Shown here: in pieces, positions 1 through 11,200 of the stretch
Numbering within the stretch: position 1 is the stretch's first letter
Layout of the letters: the number at the start of each line of letters is the position of its first letter
Assembly: GCA_038523235.1 (NCBI GenBank)
Contig: JBCBJQ010000039.1
Location: 1-48,618, forward strand
Source: Cyanobacteria bacterium J06626_4
GTDB taxonomy: Bacteria > Cyanobacteriota > Cyanobacteriia > Phormidesmidales > Phormidesmidaceae
Length of the DNA stretch: 48,618 nucleotides
Direction of reading: 5' to 3'
Position numbers and translations under genes: made by a program
The notes under the pieces: generated by a model
Told to the model about the DNA's origin: nothing
The model's input: the letters and a program-made list of their open reading frames with translations, nothing else
Database searches by the model: none

Positions 1-76
1 CGTAGTTGTTGGGAATGAACGATCGCCCCAGCATGATGCCCTGCAGCAACACGCCCGTCAGCACATGTAGGCCGTG
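1..76 (-). other. Inverted internal fragment of a heme-copper oxidase subunit III (COX3-like) gene
   Basis: The reverse complement translates to HGLHVLTGVLLQGIMLGRSFIPNNY, containing the COX3 HGLHV motif. It is inverted relative to the C-terminal piece at 74-118. Confidence 0.8.
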
Positions 77-118
77 ATCTGGATTGTCTTGTTCATTCTG
101 ATTTACGTCTGGAAATAG
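74..118 (+). CDS. C-terminal end (partial) of heme-copper oxidase subunit III
   Basis: Translates to VIWIVLFILIYVWK*, the typical COX3 terminus that follows WHFVD. Confidence 0.8.
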   Translation: MIWIVLFILIYVWK

Positions 119-120
119 CC

Positions 121-149
121 GTAGGGGCATAGCAGTGCCCTGCCCTTAC
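121..149. repeat. Short GTAG-type palindromic (REP-like) element
   Basis: GTAGGGGCA-tagcagtgccc-TGCCCTTAC imperfect palindrome immediately after a stop codon. Confidence 0.55.
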
Positions 150-212
150 CAGAGATTGTGCGGCAGCCTCAAAATCGACGTATCACATCGGTAACCTCCA
201 TCGGAAAAATCC

Positions 213-1727
213 ATGATTATTGATGACCAACATTACGATGTAATCATTGTGGGCACGGGCGCTGGCGGGGGCACGCTAGCCCAAAAGCTGGCCCCGACCG
301 GCAAGCGGATTTTAATCCTAGAGCGGGGTGGCACGATGGCGCTGGAGGATCAAAACCGCGCCGATGTGGATGTGTTTAAGAAGGAGCGCTACCACGCCCC
401 CGAGCAGTGGTACGACCAGGCAGGAGAGCCGTTTTCGCCCCAGACGAACTATGCCGTCGGCGGCAACACAAAGATCTATGCCGCCTCGCTGATGCGGATG
501 CGCGATCGCGACTTTACCGCCGTCCCCCATCAGGAGGGTATTGCCCCCGAGTGGCCGTTCCAATATGCCGATTTAGAGCCCTACTACACCGCTGCTGAGC
601 AACTTTACCAGGTGCATGGGGACGCCCAAAACGATCCGACAGAACCGCCCCACAGTAGCGACTATCCCTATCCGGCGATCGCCCATGAGCCGCTGATGCA
701 GCCCTTGGTGGCGGCGATCGCCCAGCAAGATCTGCACCCAACGCCTTTACCCCTCAGCCTGACCCGCCAAGAGGACGACCCCACAGGCGACTCGGAGGTT
801 TTTGGCATCAATCTGGCCTTAAAGCACCACAACGTCACGCTAAAAACCTCGGCTAAGGTCGTTGGCCTCTACACTAATCCCACCGGCACTGAGGTTAAAG
901 GCGTACAGGCCGAAGTGGGAGAGCAGTCGTTCCTCTTCAGCGCCGATATTGTGGTGTTGGCCTGTGGTGCGGTGAATTCGGCAGCGCTGCTGTTAGCCTC
1001 TGCTAATGAGAAGCATCCTCAGGGTCTCGCCAATGGCTCCGACCAGGTGGGTCGCAACCTGATGAAACAGCAGCTGACGGTGCTAGTAGAGCGGTTTGCG
1101 TCGGAAAATTCCGGCACGTTTCCCCGCAGCGTCAGCGTGAATGACTATTACTGGGGCTACGGTGACTACCCCTATCCCATGGGCCACATCGAAAACAGTG
1201 GTGGCCTCTTGCAGGACGTGATTTTTGCCGAGTCGCCGCCGTTGCTATCGGTGCTAGCCCAAATTTTGCCGGGTTCTCGCCTTAAGGGACTAGCGATCCA
1301 TTCCGTCGGCTGGTGGGCCCAGACCGGGATGCTGCCTGATGCCAACAATCGCGTCTATTGGAAAAAGGGGAAGTTACGTTACGAGTTTGAGCCTAACAAT
1401 TTCGAAGCCCACGATCGCCTCGTGTATCGCTGGATTGAGATCTTAAAGGCCGTCGAAAAAGACGTCAAAGAGGCTCAAAGTAATACCGTCTTTCCCCGAG
1501 GCGAAGCGCCCTTACAAGTGGTGGGCTATCAGTCCGGCACCTGCCGCATGGGCACCGATCCGGCAACTTCCGTGTTGGATATCCACTGCCGCACCCACGA
1601 AATCGACAATCTCTACGTGGTAGACAGCAGCTTCTTCCCCTCCTGTCCGGCAGTTGGGCCAGCGCTTACGGTGATGGCCAACGCGCTGCGAGTGGGCGAT
1701 CATCTCATTGATCGCGTAAAGGGATAG
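213..1727 (+). CDS. GMC family FAD-dependent oxidoreductase
   Basis: N-terminal YDVIIVGTGAGG Rossmann motif, VGGNTK, VVLACGAVNSAALLL, GRNLM, and C-terminal GTCRMG...NLYVVDSSFFP. Confidence 0.93.
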   Translation: MIIDDQHYDVIIVGTGAGGGTLAQKLAPTGKRILILERGGTMALEDQNRADVDVFKKERYHAPEQWYDQAGEPFSPQTNYAVGGNTKIYAASLMRMRDRDFTAVPHQEGIAPEWPFQYADLEPYYTAAEQLYQVHGDAQNDPTEPPHSSDYPYPAIAHEPLMQPLVAAIAQQDLHPTPLPLSLTRQEDDPTGDSEVFGINLALKHHNVTLKTSAKVVGLYTNPTGTEVKGVQAEVGEQSFLFSADIVVLACGAVNSAALLLASANEKHPQGLANGSDQVGRNLMKQQLTVLVERFASENSGTFPRSVSVNDYYWGYGDYPYPMGHIENSGGLLQDVIFAESPPLLSVLAQILPGSRLKGLAIHSVGWWAQTGMLPDANNRVYWKKGKLRYEFEPNNFEAHDRLVYRWIEILKAVEKDVKEAQSNTVFPRGEAPLQVVGYQSGTCRMGTDPATSVLDIHCRTHEIDNLYVVDSSFFPSCPAVGPALTVMANALRVGDHLIDRVKG

Positions 1728-1848
1728 CGTGTCAACTCAAGGCCGGATGCTGATCCTTAACAGGCATTCTCAGAATCCTGGTGTTTCCTGGATAGTTTAG
1801 TGCGATTCCCTCAAGAGATGGCATATCGCTTAAAGTGCTGAATCGCGG

Positions 1849-2214
1849 TCACGCCTGTTGGGGCAACTTTTTAGCCGCAGCCGCCGTGCAGAGTGGTACG
1901 AGCGCCCCCTGAGGCGTGAGCCCTAACAGCATGGGCTCGCCAGCGGCGATCATGTGGCCCGTCATCGCGCAGCGTTCGGCACGCTCAGCAGTGGCTGGAA
2001 TAGTTGCCCGAATATCTTGTCGGTTGAGTGAGCTACAGCCATTACCGGATTGCTGCTCTACGTAGGCCCAAAGAATTTCTCGAATGAGGGCTTGATAGCC
2101 GCGATTACCCGCGATCGCTTTCAGGCTATTTTTCAATTCCTTTTCCAAGCGAATGCTGGTCACTTCCATATCGGTCGTCGACGGGCGGGAAAGTGCGGGC
2201 ATGGGTGACAACAT
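1849..2214 (-). CDS. Ribbon-helix-helix (CopG-like) domain protein
   Basis: VTSIRLEKELK...GYQALIREILWAYV fits the beta-helix-helix RHH pattern. The start may be the ATG at 2202. Confidence 0.7.
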   Translation of the reverse strand: MLSPMPALSRPSTTDMEVTSIRLEKELKNSLKAIAGNRGYQALIREILWAYVEQQSGNGCSSLNRQDIRATIPATAERAERCAMTGHMIAAGEPMLLGLTPQGALVPLCTAAAAKKLPQQA

Positions 2215-2253
2215 CTCCGAGACTTAATCGTTCGTTCCTAAATTACCTCATAG

Positions 2254-2284
2254 TGTAATTACTTTTGTAATACGACTGTAGTAT
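2254..2284. promoter_or_regulatory. Phased TGTA(A/G)T direct repeats upstream of the RHH gene; candidate operator
   Basis: TGTAAT at 2254 and 2266 and TGTAGT at 2277 (12 and 11 bp spacing). Confidence 0.4.
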
Positions 2285-2505
2285 TTTGGACAGAAAGTAA
2301 CAGGATTCCGACCTGATGATCGGAATCGAATGCTCAGCACTGCTGCGATCGGGCAACAGAAGATCACCAGCGACAGCCGGTTGCAGGCCCGCTGAAATCA
2401 CCCATTTGTCAGAGTTTTGAAGGATTTTGAGGATTGCTTGCAGTTGCTAAAGTCCTAGCTTATACTGAGGTCTCAAATTCTGAGTGACATCCTGGGAGGT
2501 TTCCC

Positions 2506-2868
2506 ATAGCTGAACAATTGACCCTAACTGTGAGTTTGAGAGGCACTCGAGAAGTTAGGGCGAACTGTCAAATTTTTCGCCTCACTGGGCTCTTAGATGC
2601 TTTCTCAGAGCCGACATTTCGCAAGGTGATGGGTAACTATGCCACTCAAGGGCCCAGCAACTTGGTTCTAGACCTCTCTGGAATCGATTTTGTGGATAGC
2701 TCGGGGCTGGGGGCCTTAGTGCAGCTCGTCAAAAAAGCTAAAGACGCCCAAGGAAGCCTGCAGCTCATTGCGAACCCGCGAGTGATGCAAACGGTCAAAC
2801 TTGTTCGCCTTGAAAAGTTTCTTTCTATTCAGCCATCGGTAGATGAGGCAGTCGCTAATCTGAGCTAG
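2506..2868 (+). CDS. STAS domain protein (anti-sigma factor antagonist); probable ATA start at 2506, ORF track starts at TTG 2518
   Basis: LDLSGIDFVDSSGLGALV STAS phosphorylation motif. GGAGG at 2495-2499 lies 6 nt before an in-frame ATA. TATACT -10-like hexamer at 2461. Confidence 0.92.
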   Translation: MAEQLTLTVSLRGTREVRANCQIFRLTGLLDAFSEPTFRKVMGNYATQGPSNLVLDLSGIDFVDSSGLGALVQLVKKAKDAQGSLQLIANPRVMQTVKLVRLEKFLSIQPSVDEAVANLS

Positions 2869-2915
2869 CGTGTTAACGAAGCTGAAGGCTCATCTTCTGG
2901 GGGTGGAACTGACCC

Positions 2916-3374
2916 ATGGCTCAGTTTTCAACTGATTCTGCTGCTAGTACGGGCGAGGGGCCGCCGTTGCCGAGTCTGGCAGCCTGCACAGCCTTGTCAA
3001 TCAATCAGGTGCGATCGCTCTCTCCCTTGGCCTTAGCTTATGTCGGCGATGCCGTTTATGAGCTGCATATGCGCCGCTGTTTGCTCATGCCACCCAAACA
3101 GATTCGGGCGTATCACCAGCAGGTGGTTGATCAGGTGAGAGCGGAGCAGCAAGCTTACTATTTGGGTTGCTTAAAACCGCATCTAACCGACGAAGAACTA
3201 GATGTAGTGAGGCGAGGGCGCAACGCGGCCGCTAACCGGAAAACTCGAGCCAGCTTGCAAGACTATCAGCAGGCCACAGCCTTAGAAGCGTTGATTGGTT
3301 ACCTTTATCTCACGGCTCCCCACCGTTTAAACGAGGTTTTAGCTCACCTGCCATTTACGCCTGAGTTGGCCTAG
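2916..3374 (+). CDS. mrnC: Mini-ribonuclease III
   Basis: LALAYVGDAVYEL RNase III signature, RRGRNA and YQQATALEALIGYLYL. No dsRBD; sits upstream of rlmB. Confidence 0.9.
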   Translation: MAQFSTDSAASTGEGPPLPSLAACTALSINQVRSLSPLALAYVGDAVYELHMRRCLLMPPKQIRAYHQQVVDQVRAEQQAYYLGCLKPHLTDEELDVVRRGRNAAANRKTRASLQDYQQATALEALIGYLYLTAPHRLNEVLAHLPFTPELA

Positions 3375-3483
3375 GGGCTTTTACTATCTCTCCTATCAAT
3401 GACGTTTGCTGCAGTCGAGGGCCGCTGGCCCCTGACGACATCCTCGCTCTGCTCTGCCAACTTTTTTACCGGATGTGTATACC

Positions 3484-4584
3484 ATGACCGAACGCCCCAA
3501 GCCTGCGAACAAATCTTCTCGATCGCGGCCATCCCCGGCTCGTCCGCAAAAGCGCAGTGGCGGCAGCAGCGGTGGCAAACGGTTTAGCAAAGACCGCTTT
3601 GGCAGCAGCCCTCGTAGCGAGCGTCGCGCTGGGGGAACTGGTCGAGGCAGTCGGGATCGTGACCGGGATCGCGACCGCGACTGGGATCGAGGGCGCAGCC
3701 GCGATCGGGATCGCAACCGAGATCGCGATCGCGGACGCGAAGAACCCCGGCTCAACCGGCGAGGGCGAGACGATGCCCCGCCCCTCGGCTCAGAAGAACC
3801 AGCCCAAGAATCAACCGACCTGATCTACGGTCGCCATGCCATTCAAGCGGCTTTAGAGGGCGATCGCTCCCTCAACCGACTCTGGGTGAACGATCGCTAC
3901 CGCTATGACGGACGGTTTTTGCCGTTGATCAACGACGCTAAAGCTAACGGTGTCGTCATCGATGAAGTCGATCAGCGCCGCCTCAACCAGATGGCCCAGG
4001 GGCAGAGCCATCAAGGCATTATTGCCCAAGTGGCGCCCTACGAGTATTGGGAACTCGATACGCTGATTACCCACGCCAAAGCAGCAAGCAGTCGCCCAGT
4101 TTTGTTAGCCGCTGACAGCATTACCGATCCCCACAATTTGGGAGCCATCATTCGCACAGCTGAAGCCCTCGGGGCGCAGGGGCTGATTATTCCGCAGCGA
4201 CGCGCGGCAGGCATCACCTCAACCGTGGCCAAGGTCGCCACTGGTGCCGTCGAGCATTTACCCATTGCTCGCGTTATCAACCTGCGGCAGGCGTTAGAAA
4301 CGCTCAAAACAGCCGAATTTTGGATCTATGGGCTGGCCGCCGAAGCGAATCACTCTATACATACGGTGGAATTTAGCGGTGCTACCGTGTTGGTGGTTGG
4401 AGCGGAAGGGAGTGGTTTAGGCATGGCCGTGCAGCAGAGCTGTGATAGCGTCGTGTCAATTCCGTTGGCGGGCAAGACTGCTAGTTTGAATGCCTCCGTC
4501 GCGACGGGGATGGCCCTGTATGAAATTTATCGTCAGCAACGGATGGGTCGGCTGAATTTAAATTCTTTGCAAAAAGCAAAGTGA
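3484..4584 (+). CDS. rlmB: 23S rRNA (Gm2251) 2'-O-methyltransferase, SpoU/TrmH family, with N-terminal Arg/Asp-rich extension
   Basis: [35 protein letters not shown] and SLNASVA SPOUT motifs. ATG at 3484 preferred over GTG at 3475. Confidence 0.93.
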   Translation: MTERPKPANKSSRSRPSPARPQKRSGGSSGGKRFSKDRFGSSPRSERRAGGTGRGSRDRDRDRDRDWDRGRSRDRDRNRDRDRGREEPRLNRRGRDDAPPLGSEEPAQESTDLIYGRHAIQAALEGDRSLNRLWVNDRYRYDGRFLPLINDAKANGVVIDEVDQRRLNQMAQGQSHQGIIAQVAPYEYWELDTLITHAKAASSRPVLLAADSITDPHNLGAIIRTAEALGAQGLIIPQRRAAGITSTVAKVATGAVEHLPIARVINLRQALETLKTAEFWIYGLAAEANHSIHTVEFSGATVLVVGAEGSGLGMAVQQSCDSVVSIPLAGKTASLNASVATGMALYEIYRQQRMGRLNLNSLQKAK

Positions 4585-4668
4585 CAGAGTATAAACTTCT
4601 TGGAGCCGGATTATCCCCACTTCCCTTTGAGAATCGTTTAACAAAGCAGAGTTTGATGTGTACGCCAT

Positions 4669-4965
4669 ATGAAGAACATTTTTAGTCAACTGTTTGGTTC
4701 GCTGTTCAAATCTGACCAAAAGTGGTGGTTGGAAGTCAAAACGACTAGCCCCAAGTGTACTTACTACTTTGGCCCGTTTGAGATTGAGCAGGAAGCAAAC
4801 CTGGCGAAAAAAGGATACATCGATGACCTTGAGCAAGAAGGTTCGCAGGTGCTCACGGCAACGGCTATGTCGCTGAGTTCAGCACCGCCACAGTTGACGG
4901 TTTATGACGAGGGGCTAGATGACACGGCACCGAGTCCGACCCCGGCGTATAGCGGCCAGTCTTAG
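4669..4965 (+). CDS. DUF1816 family protein
   Basis: WWLEVKT..PKCTYYFGPF...GYIDDLEQEG motif, in its usual position after cyanobacterial rlmB. Confidence 0.88.
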   Translation: MKNIFSQLFGSLFKSDQKWWLEVKTTSPKCTYYFGPFEIEQEANLAKKGYIDDLEQEGSQVLTATAMSLSSAPPQLTVYDEGLDDTAPSPTPAYSGQS

Positions 4966-5002
4966 GCCGAGTCTGGCGATCGCTCTCAAAATTCCTAAAT
5001 GC

Positions 5003-5034
5003 CAGCAGCCTGGAGCGATCGCCCCAGGCTGTTG
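5003..5034. terminator. Hairpin between convergent genes, with HIP1 at its centre
   Basis: CAGCAGCCTGG...CCAGGCTGTTG stem around GCGATCGC. Confidence 0.5.
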
Positions 5035-5204
5035 ACGTTCTTCCGGCGATTCAATGCACCGAGCAGGGGGCCCAAAAAAGGCAACTGGCTAGATCACCCA
5101 AGTTTGCTCCCTGCTGGATGCCCCCATCTCGGCCAGAAACGCTTGAGCCTCGGGAGTCGGCAGTGCCGACTCCCGAGGCTCAAAACATGGTCGGCAGCAA
5201 CGCC

Positions 5205-8200
5205 TTAAGCGTTACCGACGTAGATACCTCGACCATTAGCACCGACGAACACCAATCCTGGCGTTTGCCAGCTGCCTTCCATCACCACTGGCCGGTTACC
5301 AATGACGGCATCAGGCGAGCCGATATCCTGCCAGGTCTTGCCCTCATCTTTAGAGACGTAGGTGCTTTCACCCTGACCGGTCACAACGCCGTACAGGTAG
5401 ATGTAGGGGAAATCATTGGCTGATTCAGGCACCCCAAACGAGAACATAGTGGCCTTCTCGACGTTCGAGATGCGGCTGAAGTCTGACCCGCCGTTGGTGG
5501 AACGATACAGGCCGCGATCTTCGGCACTGAGCCAAACCTCGTTGGCTTCGCCCTGGGGCGATTTCAGCTTGTAGGGCCAATCGTAGGGCAGATTGGTTTC
5601 TACCACTGAGAAAGACGCCCCGTCATTGGTGCTGCGGTACAGCTTGCCCGAGCTGTAGTAGTAGAAGTTGCCGTTGGCGTCTGCCGTCAACGGTTTATTC
5701 CAGTTAAACCGGCCTTCTAAATCAGTCGGCAAGCCTTTTACCGATTTCCAGCTATCACCACCGTTGTTGGTATACAAGGCAGTGGCATCTTTGCGGACAA
5801 CCACAATAGTGTCTGGATCGGTGGCCGAAAAGGCGAGCTCAACCGGCTGCACATTACTAGGGAAGGCATCCGATTCATGCCAGGTGCGACCGCTGTCGTT
5901 AGAAATCGCCAGGCCATATTTCTGTTTACCACTATTGCCGCCAACGCGGGCCATGCGGTTAGGCTGGCTCTGCGCATAATCGATGCTGTAGCTGTCAGAA
6001 AACCGCGTGGTGCCTTCGACTGAGCCGAGTCGGCGGCTAGGAGAGGTGTCAAAGTCGTCATGGTAGAAGCCGTCAACATCAGCCATCGCACTCACGAGCA
6101 GTGGCCCATCGGGCGGCGAAATCATATCAAAGGGCACGGTTTGTTCGTGGCCTTTGGTAAAGTTCGTCCAGGGTTCTGAGAAATCATCGACGTCATCGGT
6201 ACGCCAAGTGCCATACCAATTAGTCATCCAGACGCGATCAGGCACATGGGGGTCAAACTCAATGTCGGAGATCCACGGCAGTCTCAGCATAAAGTCGTCC
6301 CACCAGGGCACGGTGTTGTTCAACTTAGGTTTGATTTGTTGCCACGAGTCGCCACCATTTTTGGAAAAGAAGATCTGAGGAGATGACGTCTCGCCGGTAG
6401 AGGCAATCAGTTCATTGGGCTCATGCGGATTGACGCTAATGGTGCCAAACTTAGCGCCTGACCAAGCGCCGTCTGGTGTGATGTCAGACCAGCGATTCGC
6501 TTTGGGGTCGTATTTGGTGACTTTGGGATGGTTCTCGGTCGCGGCATAGAGCGTGCCATCTGGAGCGATCGACATGCGCTGAACGCGACTAGAGCTGCCG
6601 GAGATTTTCGACCAGGAGTCGCCGCCGTTGGTCGATCTATACACCCCATTACCGTAGGAGTTGGCGTAGACCAATCCTGCTTGATTGGGGTCAAACAGAA
6701 TGCCCGCAATGCCGGTATTGTTGCCGGGGTTAGGCAAACTAGAGACTTTCCGCCAGTCCTCACCGCCATTGGTGGTTTGCCAGAGGCCATCTTTCCGCGA
6801 GCCAAACAGCACGGTTTGCGAATCGTTGGGATCAACCGCCATCCGTTCACCGATCCAGCGATCGACGTCATTGCCGCCCATCCGCAGATCAATGTCGAGT
6901 TTGGTCCAAGTCTCGCCGCGATCCGTCGATTTGAGAATGGTGCCGGGCTGTGACGAATTCAGCTTTTTACCGGCAGCAATGTACACCACATCAGGATTGC
7001 TGGGGTCAAAAGCTAACGCTTCACCGCCATAGTACTGTTCCAAAGCTTGGGGGAAGGATTCGGTCAGTGGCACCCAATGCCCCCCGTCGCCGGTCTCCCA
7101 ACGATAGAAACCGCCCATATCCGTGCGGATGTAGGCCAAATCTTTCTCAGCGGGATGGAGATGCACATCGGTGACAAAACCACCGCCACCCATCGTCACG
7201 CTGCGACTACCCAAGGGCGTCGAGGGGCCAGGGCCGGGGTCAGTCTCGGGCGTCACCGTCAGTTCAAACGAGCCGAGCGTCTTGGCAGCCGCCAAGTTGC
7301 CCGCTTCATCAGCCACTTCATTCGCCACCAGTTCAACGACGTAGTCATCACTGTCGCCGACTTGCCAGCCTTGTGACGGCGGTTTCACAAAATAGGTGAC
7401 CGTCTGATCATCCGGGGACACAACAAAGCGTTCGACCGCTAACGTTGTTTGACCATTGCTCACCGTGATGTCTGCCACGTCGAGCGACGATAAATCAATG
7501 CCGCCCGCATCGTCATAGCGAATCGCGATGCCAACAGGCTCATCGCTGCCCGCCGTTGAAGTCAGCTGATCGGTCAGTTGGGTTGCGGTCGGGGGCGTCG
7601 TATCTTCCCCGTCGGGTGGGTTACCCGGATCAGGCGAGTTGGTGCCCTTGGGAGTAAAGCGAATCAGGTCAAAGCGCGCCAGTTCACCTTCATCCCTTGT
7701 GCCCTCTAGTGTGATGACATCGGTAGCAGTCAGGCTGACATCACGCCCGATAACCCGAGTCACGCGGTTGCCATCCGTGACGCTGCTGCCGCTCAGCGAC
7801 TCGTCCATCGTCCAGACGGCGTCATTGCTGAGGGGCTGGCCGTTTAGCAGCACCCGCATCTGCGACTCGCCATCGTTTTCGTCAAACACCACGACTTCGA
7901 CGTCGTAGGTGCCCACTGGGCCAGGGAAAGTCAGCTGAGCACTGCCCACCGTGCCGTTGTTGCTGAGATTCTGCAGAATTTGACCGCCGGAAGCCACGCC
8001 GGGCTGATCTTCGACTTGATAGTTCACCAAGGACTCGAAGGCTTCAGCCTCAATTTCGAAGGGATCACCCGTGGAACCGTCGGGCGGATCAACAATGTCA
8101 CTGTCGTCATCCACGATGGTCAGCGTTGCCGTGGTTTGTCCCGATGCGCTGTCGCCCGTGAGCGTCAGCTGCACGATTTCATCCGCTTCAGCATCGCCAT

Positions 8201-11200
8201 CGTCAACGACAGGAATCGTCACCGTTTGCGGCGTGTCGTCGCCATCAGCAAAGGTCACGGTAATCGGGCTGGCATCAAAGTCAGCCGGGGTATCGGCGCT
8301 GTCAGCGGTGGGGGTGACGGTGACGGTGACTTCGCCATCAGTGCCACCGACCCGTTCCACCGTCACTGCGTTTACCGGCGTGCCGTCTTCATCCACCGCA
8401 AAGCTGCTGTCGGTAAACTGCACCGTACCTGACTCAGGGTCGGGTGGCGTCACGGTGCCCATCGGAATAAAGCGAACCAGGTCGAAGCGCGCCAACTCGC
8501 CATCGGACTTCGTGCCTTCCAGCGTGATGACATCACTCGCGGTGAGACTGACATCCCGACCGACGAGCCTGGTCGTCCGGTTGCCATCGCTCACCGCATT
8601 ACTGCCCAGCTGCTCATTCATCACCCAGACAGCATCGTTGCTAATGGGCTCACCGTTGATCAGCACCCGCATCTGTGATTCGCCATCGTTCTCATCAAAG
8701 GTGACGACTTCGAGATCGTAGAGCCCCGCTGGGCCCGAGAAGGTGAGCTGCGCAGTGCCCACCGTGCCATCACTGCCCGTGTTGCGAATCACCTGGTTGC
8801 CCGAGGCTCCATTCCGAACACTCTCGACGCGATAGTTATCAAACGAGTCGAAGTCTTCGGCCTCAATTTCGAAGGGGGTACCGCCAGGCGGATCAACTGG
8901 TTCCCCGTCATTGTCCACGATGGTCAGTGTCGCCGTGATTTGTCCTGATGCCGCCTCACCACTGAGCCCGAGGGCAAGGGTTTCATCGGCCTCGGCGATC
9001 GCGTCATCAACGACGGGAATCGCCACGGTTTGCGGCGTGTCATCGCCATCGGCAAAGGTCACGGTGATAGGACTAGCATCAAAGTCAGCGGGCGTATCGG
9101 CACTGTCGGCGGTCGGGGTGACGGTCACCGATATCGCACCATCCGTACCGCCCACCCGTTCCAGGGTGACCAAGTTGACCGGCGTGCCGTCTTCATTCAC
9201 CGCAAAGCTGCTGTCGGTAAACTGCACCGTGCCTGACTCAGGGTCGGGTGGCGTCACGGTGCCCATCGGAATAAAGCGAACCAAATCGAAGCGTGCAAAC
9301 TCGCCGTCGGACTTCGTGCCTTCCAGCGTGATGACATCACTCGCGGTGAGATTGACATCCCGACCGACGAGCCTGGTCGTGCGGTTGCCATCGCTCACCG
9401 CATTACTGCCCAGCTGCTCATTCATCACCCAGACGGCATCGTTGCTGATGGGCTCACCGTTGATCAGTACCCGCATCTGTGATTCGCCATCGTTCTCATC
9501 AAAGGTGACGACTTCGAGATCGTAGAGACCGGCGGGACCCGAGAAGGTAAGCTGCGCGGTGCCGATCGCGCCCTCGCCACCCGTGTTTTGAATCACCTGG
9601 CCGCCCGAGGCCCCCTTGCGAACATTCTGGACGCGGTAGTTATCAAACGAATCGAAGTCTTCGGCTTCAATCTCAAAGGGGTCACCTGTAGACCCGCCGG
9701 GCGGATCAACACTGTCGCCGTCGTCATCCACGATGGTCAGCGTTGCCGTGGTTTGTCCGGCAGCATTGTCGCCGGTCAGAGACAACTGTACGATTTCATC
9801 CGCTTCGGCATCGCCATCGTCAACGACAGGAATCGTCACCGTTTGCGGCGTGTCGTCGCCATCAGCAAAGGTGACCGTAATCGGGCTAGCATCAAAGTCA
9901 GCCGGGGTATCCGCACTGTCAGCCGTTGGTGTGACAGTGACGGAGACTTCGCCAGCGGTGCCACCGACCCGTTCCAACGTCACCGCGTTCACGGGCGTGC
10001 CGTCTTCATCCACCGCAAAGCTGCTGTCAGAAAATTGCACGGTGCCTGATTCAGAGTCGGGCGGCGTCACCGTACCTTTGGGCGTAAAGCGAATCAGGTC
10101 AAAGCGGGCCAGTTCGCCTTCATCTCTGGTGCCCTCTAGGGTAATCACATCGGTAGATGTCAGGCTAATATCGCGCCCAATAACCCGAGTCACGCGGTTC
10201 CCGTCCGTGACGCTGCTGCCGCTCAGTGATTCATCCATCGTCCAGACGGCGTCATCGCTAAGGGGCTCGCCGTTCAGCAGCACCCGCATTTGCGATGCGC
10301 CATCGTTTTCGTCAAACACCACGACTTCGACATCGTAGGTGCCGACTGGGCCGGGGAAAGCCAACTGCGCCGAGGCCACCGTGCCGTTATTGCTCAGATT
10401 CTGCAGCACCTGACCGCCAGAAGCGACGCCGGGCTGATCTTCCACCTGATAGTTAACTAAGGACTCAAAGGCTTCCGCTTCAATTTCGAAGGGGTCACCG
10501 CCCGATCCACCGGGCGGGTCAACGGGCTCCCCCTCATTGTCCACAATGCTGAGCGTCGCCGTGGTTTGTCCTGAAGCGCTGTCACCACTGAGTCCGAGCG
10601 CGATGGTTTCCTCCGCCTCGGCGATCGCGTCATCAACGACGGGAATGGCCACGGTTTGCGGCGTGTCGTCGCCGTCAGCAAAGGTCACGGTAATCGGGCT
10701 GGCATCAAAGTCAGCCGGCGTATCGGCGCTGTCAGCGGTGGGGGTCACGGTGACAGAGACCTCGCCAGCGGTGCCGCCCAAGCGTTCCACTGTCACTGCG
10801 TTAACGGGCGTGCCATCTTCATCCACCGCAAAGCTGCTGCCGGTGAATTGCACCGTACCCGACTCCGAGGTCGGCGGCGTCACTGGCGCCTCCAGCGGGT
10901 TCAACACCCAAACCGAGCCGTCGCTGGGGTCGCCCTGCTGATTGCCAAAATCAGCCACATAAATGCGACCGTTGGGGTGCACCGCCACATCTAGCGGACT
11001 CTTGAACCGCAGCGGATTACCGTTGGCATCTTGCAGCGCATCCGTGGCGCTCACCAACCCATCGGACCCAAATTCAAAGCTTTGAATAGTGCGAGAGCTG
11101 GTAAAGAAGCTCGCCAGCAGACGGCCATTGAGCGGCCCCTCGGCGGTGTATTCGGCCAGGCCGTTGGGGCTGTTGCCCCCGATCGCCCCGGTGTTGTAGA

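Noticed and set aside
2255..2280. NtcA box
   Set aside because: GTA and TAC triplets are present but not at the GTA-N8-TAC spacing.
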